Numbered from the stretch's first letter, positions 55,194 to 64,000 are shown. The stretch is DNA of 64,000 nt from an uncultured virus (IMG/VR IMGVR_UViG_3300033141_004958) (IMGVR_UViG_3300033141_004958); one strand, 5' to 3'. The notes: a model not told the origin generated them from the sequence alone. Numbers and translations: made by a program.

Positions 55194-55273
55194 AATGGGG
55201 TAGCCAGTAGTCGGGATGGGCCGGCCTCATAAGTCGGTATTTGGTGTGGGTGCAATTCTCATCCCCGCCACCA
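55194..55273 (+). tRNA. Degenerate tRNA-Met(CAT)
   Basis: Loop CTCATAA, T-arm and CCA present; first two acceptor pairs mismatched, irregular D-arm. Confidence 0.6.
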
Positions 55274-55291
55274 ATATTGAACATGGGTAAT

Positions 55292-55366
55292 GCCCTCGTA
55301 GCTCAATGGCTAGAGTATCTGACCTTCAATCAGAAGATGCCCGTTCGATTCGGGCCGAGGGTACCA
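55292..55366 (+). tRNA. tRNA-Glu(TTC), C33 variant on an Arg-like body
   Basis: TCTGA-CCTTCAA-TCAGA anticodon arm; CCA. Confidence 0.8.
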
Positions 55367-55377
55367 ATTTTTAAATT

Positions 55378-55453
55378 GAACCCGTAGCTCAGTGGATAGA
55401 GCGCAAGTCTACGGAACTTGAGGTCGCAGGTTCGAATCCTGCCGGGTTCACCA
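55378..55453 (+). tRNA. tRNA-Arg(ACG)
   Basis: A20, loop CTACGGA, CCA. Confidence 0.94.
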
Positions 55454-55496
55454 ATTATTGGAAGACATTATTTTTTATATAATGAAAGGATGAAAA

Positions 55497-55712
55497 ATGT
55501 CTTATAATCCACATCATGGTATATGTCGAGTGAAATGTGCTAATTGTGGTATGATCTATGATACCCCCATGATACCAACAATACATATGAATTTTCTGTC
55601 TGCGAGGTGTCCAAAATGTGGATCAAATGCCTGCGACCCAATAAAGGATGTGGCATCCACAACACATACACTACATAAGACGTATATAGAAGAGAAGATA
55701 AATGACCATTGA
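55497..55712 (+). CDS. Small zinc-ribbon protein
   Basis: CANCG...CPKCGS; AAGGA RBS. Confidence 0.65.
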   Translation: MSYNPHHGICRVKCANCGMIYDTPMIPTIHMNFLSARCPKCGSNACDPIKDVASTTHTLHKTYIEEKINDH

Positions 55713-56014
55713 CATATTCACGGAGAAGACTTATGGATAACAAAGATATTGGGACTGGGCATTGGAATTACCGGGTAGAACGGTATTCGGTTAAGTTAAA
55801 CAATAAACCAATAATCGGATATCGAATAGTAGAGGCATATTATGAAAATGGAGAAACAATTCCAGATAGTATTACAACGCGTCCAGTATGTTTATCTTAC
55901 GATGCCGATGTGGGAGTAGATGGCATTGCTAACGATTTAGATCGTATATATGAGGCACTTTCAAAGCCCATTATTGAACAGGTCGATGGTAAAATAATAG
56001 AACTTCCCCAGTAA
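55709..56014 (+). CDS. Hypothetical phage protein
   Basis: WNYRV...IVEAYYE...ALSKPI; start uncertain. Confidence 0.6.
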   Translation: MTYSRRRLMDNKDIGTGHWNYRVERYSVKLNNKPIIGYRIVEAYYENGETIPDSITTRPVCLSYDADVGVDGIANDLDRIYEALSKPIIEQVDGKIIELPQ

Positions 56015-56099
56015 TTAAACTTCAATATATACATATGCCCATATCTATTATTCCGAGATATCAATGATGAAAATAAAGCTATCTGCTTTTAATAAATGT

Positions 56100-56443
56100 A
56101 AGTTTGCATGATATCCTGTCTTTACTAATGCATGACGCAAAGGAAACTGCGGAAATTGTTCGTAAACTCGAGAATGATGGCTGGGATATTCATTGACCAT
56201 TTTGCGACACCAACCAAGACAACCCCATAGGATTAGATAAATGTATACAAAATAGAGCGGCTATTCGAAAAGCAGAACGCATATTCATAATTTGGGATGG
56301 AAAATCGCAGGGCAGTCTTTTTCGATGCTGATATGGCATTTATGGCAGAAAGGCCAGTGACATGCAGTTCTCTACCAAACATCGATGAAGATAGCGGCAA
56401 AAGTTTTCAAAAGATGCTACGCGAATGGAAAAAGATTTCATGA
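56100..56443 (+). pseudogene. Nucleoside 2-deoxyribosyltransferase-like pseudogene
   Basis: LENDGWDIH*PFCDTNQD..NRAAIRKAE..WDGKSQGSLF/DADMAFMAERP; in-frame TGA at 56194 and +1 frameshift in the T-run near 56320; 5' end approximate. Confidence 0.65.
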
Positions 56444-56455
56444 GGAGAAAATGAT

Positions 56456-57028
56456 ATGACATGCATTGTTGGTTGGGTGGAGAATGAAACTGTTTGGATT
56501 GGAGGAGACAGTGCCGCTGTCGCCGATTCTACTATACAATGTCGTGTCGATACAAAAGTTTGGTCTAGAGACGATTGGGTATATGGATTCACTGATAGCT
56601 TTCGATTCGGGCAGCTTTTACGCTACTCGTTTAAGGAACCGCCGCGCAAAAAAAGCAGAGATCTCTTAGAATATATGGTAACCGATTATATTGATGCTGT
56701 ACGAAGATGTCTAAAGTCTGGTGGTTATGCAGAAGCAAATAATGGAGTTGAAACTGGTGGAACCTTTCTCGTTGGCCATTGTGGCCGATTGTTTGCAATT
56801 TATGAAGATTATCAGGTTGGAGAGTATATTAATAATTATGCCGCTATCGGGTGTGGAGAATCATATGCGTTAGGAGCATTGCATGTGCTTAAGAATATTA
56901 ATAGTAATCTTTCTGGTGAAGAAATTATAACGGCAGCACTAAACGCAGTGGCGGAACACTGCACTGGCGTTAGAAAACCATTTCATATTGTACATACTAC
57001 TCCGTTACACCAAGGGAAAAATATCTAA
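56456..57028 (+). CDS. HslV/proteasome-beta-like Ntn hydrolase
   Basis: N-terminal M-T-C-I-V-G, GDS, K at DTKV, AIGCGESYALGAL; GAGGAG RBS. Confidence 0.82.
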   Translation: MTCIVGWVENETVWIGGDSAAVADSTIQCRVDTKVWSRDDWVYGFTDSFRFGQLLRYSFKEPPRKKSRDLLEYMVTDYIDAVRRCLKSGGYAEANNGVETGGTFLVGHCGRLFAIYEDYQVGEYINNYAAIGCGESYALGALHVLKNINSNLSGEEIITAALNAVAEHCTGVRKPFHIVHTTPLHQGKNI

Positions 57029-57067
57029 ATACTCTTATATATATGTTGGTAATGGTGTTAATATATC

Positions 57068-57095
57068 TTGACCTTATCAACTGGGCCCTTATAAT
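57068..57095 (+). promoter_or_regulatory. Sigma70-type promoter for the glycosylation cluster
   Basis: TTGACC-16 bp-TATAAT. Confidence 0.7.
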
Positions 57096-57145
57096 ATACA
57101 TATCATATATGACCAGTGTATGTATAGTATAGGAGTCGAAGAATT

Positions 57146-57388
57146 ATGATTATGGCCGCGGCGGAGAAGACAATTTGTAAAATGTGTCGGTATTATAAGC
57201 GAGTATCTTTGGGTTATGGATTTCAAGACATGGCATGCCACGTGGCGCGATGCACCAACGCATTAAATACATACTTTGGTCCAAATGATGACAAAGACAT
57301 GCTAAAAGATGAGCATGGCAACATGATAGGCTGCCTGCGCTTTGAGGCGGATTTTGAGGGGGCCGTTAAAGCGATTATAGAAAAATAG
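57146..57388 (+). CDS. Small Cys-rich hypothetical protein
   Basis: CKMCRYY...C...C...C; AGGAG RBS. Confidence 0.55.
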   Translation: MIMAAAEKTICKMCRYYKRVSLGYGFQDMACHVARCTNALNTYFGPNDDKDMLKDEHGNMIGCLRFEADFEGAVKAIIEK

Positions 57389-57410
57389 AGTAGGGAAGGC
57401 AGGCCAATAG

Positions 57411-58898
57411 TTGAAATCGTCGAGCAAATATTTATCCGCATTTCTAAATATTGCATCGCCAAAAGTATCTATCATAATTTTGTCTAAAGACCGCCCGGAG
57501 CTTATCAAGCGATGTATTAAAAGCATTGAAGAACATGTCCGATACGAATCGTTAGAAATAATTATTGGTGATACGGGCAGCACAGATCGCCGCGTCATCA
57601 AATTCTATGACACACTTAAGAGCCCCAAATATAAAGTCATAAAGAATCTAGAATACCACTTCTCCAAAGCAAATAACGAACTTGCAGATATAGCATCAGG
57701 TGAGTTTTTATTATTTATGAACAACGATGTTTTTCTATCATGGGATGTTGTCTCCCGCGCCATGGAATATGCTGTTTGTTATAATATTGGCTCTATTGGT
57801 TGTCGATTGGTATTCCCAGAGACTGGGCTCATTGAGCATGATGGCCAAGTATTATTTAATTCAAAAGGAATTGTTACACCTGGACATTTGAATTTATTCA
57901 AAGATCCGGATCCACTGGATACCACCCCCATTAAGGTACATGGCGTAACCGGAGCATTTCTTCTTACACCTAAATGTTTATTCAAACATATCGGCGGTTT
58001 TAATCCAAAATATCGAGATTTATACCAAGACTGCGATTATTCCATGAAAGTCCTATCTTCGGGGCTTAGGAATATTGTAATTAGAGATCTGCCAACCTTT
58101 CATATGGGAAGTGCAACAAGGGGCAAAACACATAGCCGCGACCCCATTATGAAGCAAGATAAAGCTTTATTTCAAAGGACATGGAACGAGGCAGTTCCAG
58201 GAATAATTAAACGACCCAAACCATACCTAACAGTAATTACTGCAGTAACAAATCCAAAACTATACAGCAATATGCTTGGTTCATTGCTAATTGGTGGCGG
58301 ATCTTCTGATATAGAAGTAATTCCTATCAATAATAGAGACCTTCGATATAATATTCCACAAGCTCTTAATCGAGCGCACACTTTTGCTTCTGGTAAATAT
58401 ATAATGTATTGTCACCAAGACGTGCTGTTTTCGCCAGGGTGGTATAGAAATGTTAAAGCAGTGATAAAAGCCATAAAGAATTTCGGTGTATTGGGATTTG
58501 AGGGGATAGACAAAAATGGGCATCCCCATAGCTGTAAACAAATGTCTGAAACCCAATTTAAACAAATACTAACTCTTGATGAATTAGCTATAATAGTTCC
58601 TAATGATGATATTCGATTTTCAGAAAAATTGACTTGGCACTTCTATGGTGCTGATATATGCTTTAAGTATGATACCAGGGGCATTAAGAATTTTATATGT
58701 GGTTGTAGGGTAAATCACCTATCTAACGGCAGAGTTAATATAATTAATAGCCCCGAAATAATGAAACGAGATGCAAGAATATTATGGAAGATGTGGAGCA
58801 ATGCCTACGATATGGTAAGGACAACCACAACAACCTTTAGACAAGGCGAAATCGAATTTCAAATTTGTTCAGACCTTTTAGGAACCATATCGGCATAG
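57411..58898 (+). CDS. Two-domain GT2-type glycosyltransferase
   Basis: VSIIILSKD, DTGSTD, FMNND, VTGAFL, QDCDY; second domain YCHQDV, TLDE, HFYGADIC. Confidence 0.88.
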   Translation: MKSSSKYLSAFLNIASPKVSIIILSKDRPELIKRCIKSIEEHVRYESLEIIIGDTGSTDRRVIKFYDTLKSPKYKVIKNLEYHFSKANNELADIASGEFLLFMNNDVFLSWDVVSRAMEYAVCYNIGSIGCRLVFPETGLIEHDGQVLFNSKGIVTPGHLNLFKDPDPLDTTPIKVHGVTGAFLLTPKCLFKHIGGFNPKYRDLYQDCDYSMKVLSSGLRNIVIRDLPTFHMGSATRGKTHSRDPIMKQDKALFQRTWNEAVPGIIKRPKPYLTVITAVTNPKLYSNMLGSLLIGGGSSDIEVIPINNRDLRYNIPQALNRAHTFASGKYIMYCHQDVLFSPGWYRNVKAVIKAIKNFGVLGFEGIDKNGHPHSCKQMSETQFKQILTLDELAIIVPNDDIRFSEKLTWHFYGADICFKYDTRGIKNFICGCRVNHLSNGRVNIINSPEIMKRDARILWKMWSNAYDMVRTTTTTFRQGEIEFQICSDLLGTISA

Positions 58899-58908
58899 GG
58901 GGAGATGT

Positions 58909-59679
58909 ATGGAAAGAGTGAATATATTTGTACCTATATATTTCAGAGAGCCTGTAGTAAAAGAGTGTGTCACTTCTCTAATCAAATTATGTCAATCCGA
59001 CTCTCCTAAATATGCAACAAAAATAATTCTGATAGACAATCGTAGCAATGATGAACTTAGAGATTGGTTATTACAACAATCATATGATAATGAAGTTGTA
59101 GAAACCGAGCTCTTAGATTATAATATGGGCAAGGGTTGCGCTATAAATAAAATGGCCGAGAAATATAGTGATTTCGATTACCTAATAAGTTGTGACTCAG
59201 ATATAAAACATCTTACACAGGGATGGGCAGATAAGCTTGTTAATGCATATGTCAGGCTACCCAATTTTGGTATGGTGTCGCCCAAATATCATGGGAGGCA
59301 TAACCCAATGCCACCTCAACCCAGAAAAATAACTATACCACTCAATTCAGATGGCCCAGAAATTATTTGTCATTTTGGCGGCGAGGTGGCTGGGGGATGT
59401 TTCGTAACGGATGCTATTAGTTGGTCTACCTTAGGTGGTTATATAGATAGGAAGTATGGCGGATTAGATGGTCTATATCGCATCAGAATAACAAAGGAGC
59501 TAGGGAAACAATGCGGATATGTAGACCACATAACCGTTGAACACCACGATGGCCGCGAGTATTATCCCAATTATTTTCAATGGAAGATAGAAATTCAACG
59601 ACATCTGAGTAGAATGGGCATAAGAGCAGACCCAGATATGGCAGATTTTGCAGATGCGAATGTAAAGGATTTGTCATGA
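58909..59679 (+). CDS. GT2-family glycosyltransferase
   Basis: IDNRSND, NMGKG.AIN, CDSDI, GGCF, YGGLDG. Confidence 0.82.
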   Translation: MERVNIFVPIYFREPVVKECVTSLIKLCQSDSPKYATKIILIDNRSNDELRDWLLQQSYDNEVVETELLDYNMGKGCAINKMAEKYSDFDYLISCDSDIKHLTQGWADKLVNAYVRLPNFGMVSPKYHGRHNPMPPQPRKITIPLNSDGPEIICHFGGEVAGGCFVTDAISWSTLGGYIDRKYGGLDGLYRIRITKELGKQCGYVDHITVEHHDGREYYPNYFQWKIEIQRHLSRMGIRADPDMADFADANVKDLS

Positions 59680-60617
59680 CAAGGCCCAAACTTCTTCTGA
59701 CAATTGGGGAAGGTATAGGAAATATTATCGAGGCGCTGCCGCTAATAGCAACCCTCGAGGGGCATGGGTTCGATGTTGATATATTTATAACGCATGCTAA
59801 TATACCAATTCCAAATAATTTGTTTAAGTTTAATACTGTCTTTCAGGAAGGGGACGATGATAATATAGATATAGCGAAATATGATGGACGCATAGATACG
59901 ATATGGGGAGCCATCCATACCAAAGAAAATTCACCAATAAAAAAATTAAAACGGCTAAACAATCTAAGGTCTCAGAAAATAACAAATGGTAGATCTGATA
60001 TAAAAACATATCTAACTGCGGCCAGTGATTTGGGAATTCCCCAAAATCAATTCATTTATTACGTTCGTCATCTTCTTACAATACCACCAACAACATCTCA
60101 TAAAGAATCACCAGATGTCGTAATATGTAATGGCTATAATCGTACTAATATCAGGGCGAAGTGGGTAGCCAAAAGTTACCCTTACTGGGAAGAGGTTGCA
60201 AAGAGATTAAAGGAATGCGGGTATAGAGTATGCTCTACCGGTCTTCCTGACGATTATGTGCCCGGGACTATAAACAAAACAGGAATTTCGTTAGATGAAT
60301 CTATACAATTATTGGTACAAGCAAATATACTATTAGCCAATGATACTGGATTATATCATTTGGCCTGCGCATTGGAAGTCCCAGTCGTTGTTGTCTTTAC
60401 GTTTACAGATCTTGCAAGATTATATGATGTAGATTTTCACCGTACGGCGACTGTTATTCAAAAATCAGATATAGAATGTCGCAATACATGCCAACAACAA
60501 ATGCGATGGATAAATTGCAATGATTGGAAATGCCGACAGATTCATCCTGATGTGATCTTTTCCGCCACGCGAAGATTATTAATAAATAATAATATAGAAG
60601 GGGAACAACATGGATAA
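59676..60617 (+). CDS. GT9 (heptosyltransferase-like) glycosyltransferase
   Basis: EGIGNII..LP, KSYPYW, ANDTGLYHLACAL..P.V. Confidence 0.85.
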   Translation: MTRPKLLLTIGEGIGNIIEALPLIATLEGHGFDVDIFITHANIPIPNNLFKFNTVFQEGDDDNIDIAKYDGRIDTIWGAIHTKENSPIKKLKRLNNLRSQKITNGRSDIKTYLTAASDLGIPQNQFIYYVRHLLTIPPTTSHKESPDVVICNGYNRTNIRAKWVAKSYPYWEEVAKRLKECGYRVCSTGLPDDYVPGTINKTGISLDESIQLLVQANILLANDTGLYHLACALEVPVVVVFTFTDLARLYDVDFHRTATVIQKSDIECRNTCQQQMRWINCNDWKCRQIHPDVIFSATRRLLINNNIEGEQHG

Positions 60618-61569
60618 AGGCTTTACAGTTTGGATGACCGGATTACCAGCCGCAGGCAAAACTACTATCGGTACGTTAATAGCAGATAAATTTAATGCGC
60701 AATTGCTCGATGGTGATAATCTACGAAATAGCTATATTAGTGGTGACGCAGACTTCTCGCGAGAAGGTAGGAGAAAACATCTACTCAAAGTTGCCGAGAT
60801 AGCAAAACTATTAAATGATAATGGAATTCCGGTAGTAGTTAGTTGTATATCGCCTTTTGGATCCGTTAGAGACGAAGCCAGAAAAATTATTGGAGTAGAG
60901 CAATTTACATTGGTCTTTGTTGATACTCCAAAAGAGTTATGCGAAATTAGAGATCCGAAGGGGATGTGGGCCAAAGCAAGAAACGGTAAAATTAAAAATT
61001 TCACAGGCGTGGATAGTGAATATGAAATTCCTACGAATGCCGATTTCACTCTAACAACCTATGATATAAATCAGTCTAATGGCGATATAATTGAATATGA
61101 AAACGCGAATATTTATACGACGGTGGCATTGCTCGAAGATCATATTAGAACCAAGTTTAAATTAACCCAACACCCTCGCACAGTTTTCATAGGTAGGTGG
61201 TCACCATTCCATTATGGTCATAAAGCACTTATCGATAAGCACATTGACAATGGAGAATATATAGCTATTTTCATTCGCGATACTAAAGTGGATGCCAATA
61301 ATCCATGGCTTGCTACCGATCGGTACGAAATGATACGCTCTGTTTATCCGGACCAAGAAGTTGTGCAAATTCAAATAATTCCAGATGTTTCCGCAATTGC
61401 TATAGGTCGAAATGTTGGCTATGATGTTATAGCTGAAGACCTGCCCGATGATATTGAAATGATAAGCGGCACCGAAATTAGGAAAGCAATACGTGAGGGA
61501 CGAGATATATGGAAAAAATATGTTCCAGAAGAGGTTATATCATATATAAGTTCAAAAAGAAATATATGA
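60610..61569 (+). CDS. cysC: Adenylyl-sulfate kinase fused to an HxGH nucleotidyltransferase-like domain
   Basis: WMTGLPAAGKTT, LDGDNLR, ISPF, RDPKG, FTGVDSEYEIP; then IGRWSPFHYGH, GRNVGY, ISGTEIR. Confidence 0.9.
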   Translation: MDKGFTVWMTGLPAAGKTTIGTLIADKFNAQLLDGDNLRNSYISGDADFSREGRRKHLLKVAEIAKLLNDNGIPVVVSCISPFGSVRDEARKIIGVEQFTLVFVDTPKELCEIRDPKGMWAKARNGKIKNFTGVDSEYEIPTNADFTLTTYDINQSNGDIIEYENANIYTTVALLEDHIRTKFKLTQHPRTVFIGRWSPFHYGHKALIDKHIDNGEYIAIFIRDTKVDANNPWLATDRYEMIRSVYPDQEVVQIQIIPDVSAIAIGRNVGYDVIAEDLPDDIEMISGTEIRKAIREGRDIWKKYVPEEVISYISSKRNI

Positions 61570-61651
61570 TGGTACTATCGAGATAATCCCAAATGACGAT
61601 AGCCATAACTTCTTTGAGCTCGTTATCAATAATTTATCCAAAGGCGAAAAA

Positions 61652-62581
61652 ATGAAAGTATTATTAATATTTCCACAAAAAGATGGCCAAACTGGGGTTG
61701 CTATACGAACTGCTCTAGAGAAAGAGCATGACGTAGTTACCATAGACCCCAATATCAATCCAACTAATATAACCACGATAGCAACCAAAACGAAACCACG
61801 GTTGATTATATGTTCTCGCACAATTTCACTCGCAACGCCAGTTTATCAAATAAAACAACAACTGCCAGGTACTACCATTTGCGTTTGGAATACCGATGTC
61901 CGGCCATCGCTTAAAGACTGGGCGGCTTGGTTGCCATTATTCAAACAAGTGCATTATTACTTTGGATCATCTCCATATGACGCGGATATGATGCGCCAAA
62001 TCAACCCAAGTTCATATTATTTACCACAGGGGCTACAGGATGATGTATATGGCATACCAAAGACAGCCATAACAAGAAAGGATATAGATAAATATGCATG
62101 CGATGTGTCATTTATAGGGGATATACATCAGCCCATTCATGCATTTAGACAGCCCTATATTACTGCACTTATTAAATCGAATTTAAAATTTAAAATATGG
62201 GGCTCTGAAAACCAACCACAAATATACGGTGAAGATCATAATAAGGCTGTTATACTAAGCACAATTAATTTAGGATTATCTACAACTTTTAATGGTAAAG
62301 CGACAGGTAGTTGTAGTGTTAGAAATTATAAGATTATGGGGACTGGTGGATTTCTACTTGAACACTACTCTAAAGCTTTAGAACAATGGTTTCCATTGGA
62401 TGCGAAACATTGCATATTTGGAACCTTTACATCTCCCGCTAATATGATTAAAAAAATTGAAAGGTATATAAACAATGATGGTTTGCGACGGCAAATTGCT
62501 TTGCGTGGATTGCGGTGGGCTCGACGCAATACATATACACATCGAATACAACAAATGCTGGATATAATGGGGTTGAAATGA
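61652..62581 (+). CDS. CgeB-like GT-B glycosyltransferase
   Basis: DVSFIG, R..Y, WG, INLG, SVRNYKIMGTGGFLL, TYTHRI. Confidence 0.82.
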   Translation: MKVLLIFPQKDGQTGVAIRTALEKEHDVVTIDPNINPTNITTIATKTKPRLIICSRTISLATPVYQIKQQLPGTTICVWNTDVRPSLKDWAAWLPLFKQVHYYFGSSPYDADMMRQINPSSYYLPQGLQDDVYGIPKTAITRKDIDKYACDVSFIGDIHQPIHAFRQPYITALIKSNLKFKIWGSENQPQIYGEDHNKAVILSTINLGLSTTFNGKATGSCSVRNYKIMGTGGFLLEHYSKALEQWFPLDAKHCIFGTFTSPANMIKKIERYINNDGLRRQIALRGLRWARRNTYTHRIQQMLDIMGLK

Positions 62582-63312
62582 AAAACGCTATAGTAACATT
62601 GGCTATCGGTGAATCAGAGATTTGGGATTATACGTTTCCTATTTTCAAGATGGTTTGTTGTCGACGGGGTTGGGATTTTTGTGTTATCAACAAAAGAAAA
62701 TTGAACTTATTCCCTGATGCCGAAGCATATAATATTATGTTCGAAAAATTTCAGGTTGTTGACTACTTTAAAGATTATGATAGGGTGCTATTGATAGATG
62801 GGGATATTTTACTCTCTCCCAAATATCCTGATATATTTGATGCTACTCCTATTGATGCGATAGGTTGCGTCTATGAAGATAAGGGCAGTAGACAGTTAAA
62901 TCGCCGCGCGCGAATACAACAGATAAAATTAATTACTAACGATAGTCGCCTTAATGACTGGAACACTGGTTATATGAATGCAGGCATGTTAGTATATTCT
63001 CGAAGCCATGCAAATGCCCTAAAGATAACATCACTCGATGACATCATAAAAACCCATATATCCAGCGACCAAAACACAGTAAACTATCTATGTCATCGCT
63101 CCAATCACCCAATTTGTGACTTAGGATATAAATGGAACCATATGTCAATGTTCTCGGAAGTATGGAATGGGGCCCCAAGTCGATATGATTCATATGCAAT
63201 ACATTATGCAGGTGGGGCAAGGTTCCCTGGAACAACATCCCCAAATAGAAATGCAGAAGAACAGCGCATGTACCTACTTAGAAAAGATTATGCATATTGG
63301 TGGGGTCTATAG
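62578..63312 (+). CDS. GT-A glycosyltransferase (GT8-like)
   Basis: YDRVLLIDGDIL, YMNAGML, DQNTVN, KWN, IHYAG. Confidence 0.8.
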   Translation: MKNAIVTLAIGESEIWDYTFPIFKMVCCRRGWDFCVINKRKLNLFPDAEAYNIMFEKFQVVDYFKDYDRVLLIDGDILLSPKYPDIFDATPIDAIGCVYEDKGSRQLNRRARIQQIKLITNDSRLNDWNTGYMNAGMLVYSRSHANALKITSLDDIIKTHISSDQNTVNYLCHRSNHPICDLGYKWNHMSMFSEVWNGAPSRYDSYAIHYAGGARFPGTTSPNRNAEEQRMYLLRKDYAYWWGL

Positions 63313-63926
63313 CATTGAAACGAGATAGCATAACTATAACGGCCGTTCCCAAGCCAGTTCTAAAACATCAACATATTATTATGGAATTTCCACCTGAATT
63401 TAATAGCATAATAAACATTGGCTGTGGTGAATGTGCATTCGATTTATTTCTTAAGCATGACGTACCGGAAATAAACTTAATTAGTATTGATATACAACAA
63501 CCTGCCACACTTTCCATGGAACAGATATCTTACTTGGATTTTAGAGTGGGTGATATACTTGATATATCAACAATACCAGTTAGAGGTGATGTCGTTATCG
63601 CCTCAGAAGTACTAGAACATATTGCGGACTGGAAATCTGCATTTAGAAACTTACTAGAACTATTCAATAAAACTCTCATACTAACAATACCTTGGCGGAA
63701 ATCATACAATTCTCCTGGGCATATTAATTTTTGGGATGATACATGTAGCGATGGTATTATGGCAATAGATACGTTTGTGATTGTGATGAAACAATATTTA
63801 TCCAGTGCTTCAAACGTAACCCTGAAATGGAAATTCAAAAAGATATTGACTAAAGAAGAAGACCGAGAAATGCAGCAACGATGTTATTTAATAACCATAA
63901 CAAAGGAACATATATGTGACAAATAA
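63297..63926 (+). CDS. Class I SAM-dependent methyltransferase
   Basis: INIGCGE, IDI, GDI, SEVLEHI, LTIP, GHINF; start uncertain. Confidence 0.82.
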   Translation: MVGSIALKRDSITITAVPKPVLKHQHIIMEFPPEFNSIINIGCGECAFDLFLKHDVPEINLISIDIQQPATLSMEQISYLDFRVGDILDISTIPVRGDVVIASEVLEHIADWKSAFRNLLELFNKTLILTIPWRKSYNSPGHINFWDDTCSDGIMAIDTFVIVMKQYLSSASNVTLKWKFKKILTKEEDREMQQRCYLITITKEHICDK

Positions 63927-64000
63927 AAAAGATATTTACCGACATAGAATAGATATAGATTTAATTTCTGATGATTCTATTATACTTGATGTTGGAGTTT
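63916..64000 (+). CDS. Partial ORF, probable methyltransferase (FkbM-like) N-terminus
   Basis: VTNKKDIYRHRIDIDLISDDSIILDVGV runs off the window; AAGGA RBS. Confidence 0.45.
   Translation, partial: MTNKKDIYRHRIDIDLISDDSIILDVGV

Noticed and set aside
55292..55366. Reading this tRNA as a TCA (opal/Sec) anticodon
   Set aside because: The 5-bp stem TCTGA/TCAGA fixes the loop as CCTTCAA, centring TTC; the shifted register does not pair and there is no Sec-type arm.
46300..55500. CRISPR array or tandem repeats
   Set aside because: Recurring GTGGGTTCGA.TCCCAC strings are tRNA T-arms, not identical repeats with unique spacers; no cas genes.
1..64000. Stop-codon reassignment
   Set aside because: Core genes are full length in code 11 and end in TAA, TAG or TGA; no suppressor tRNA found. 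The TGA at 56194 accompanies a frameshift, so it indicates a pseudogene.

Overview
Fragment of a large, AT-rich T4-like (myovirus) phage genome read in the standard genetic code. Minus strand, 1-16.9 kb: head genes (gp23, gp22, gp21), a probable virion beta-protein, class III ribonucleotide reductase (nrdG/nrdD), RNase H, a Holliday resolvase, uvsW, uvsY, gp46/47 and gp55. Plus strand from 17.0 kb: queD-folE-TGT/DpdA-like directly upstream of DNA polymerase gp43, then the T4 replisome (uvsX, gp41, gp33, gp59, gp32, family-4 UDG, gp45, gp44, gp62, an inserted DNA methyltransferase, regA, gp61), nucleotide/glycan enzymes, and neck/terminase/tail-completion genes (gp13, gp14, gp16, gp17, gp3, gp4). 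A tRNA island at 46.3-55.5 kb holds about 26 full-length tRNA genes, 2 broken ones, several unexplained structured RNAs, an FkbM-radical SAM-QueC:HAD unit and an HNH gene. A glycosyltransferase/APS-kinase/methyltransferase cluster runs off the right end. The most notable items are a split, non-canonical 7-deazaguanine pathway, candidate novel ncRNAs, and systematically remodelled tRNAs. All calls come from motif recognition and hand-folding; no database searches were run.
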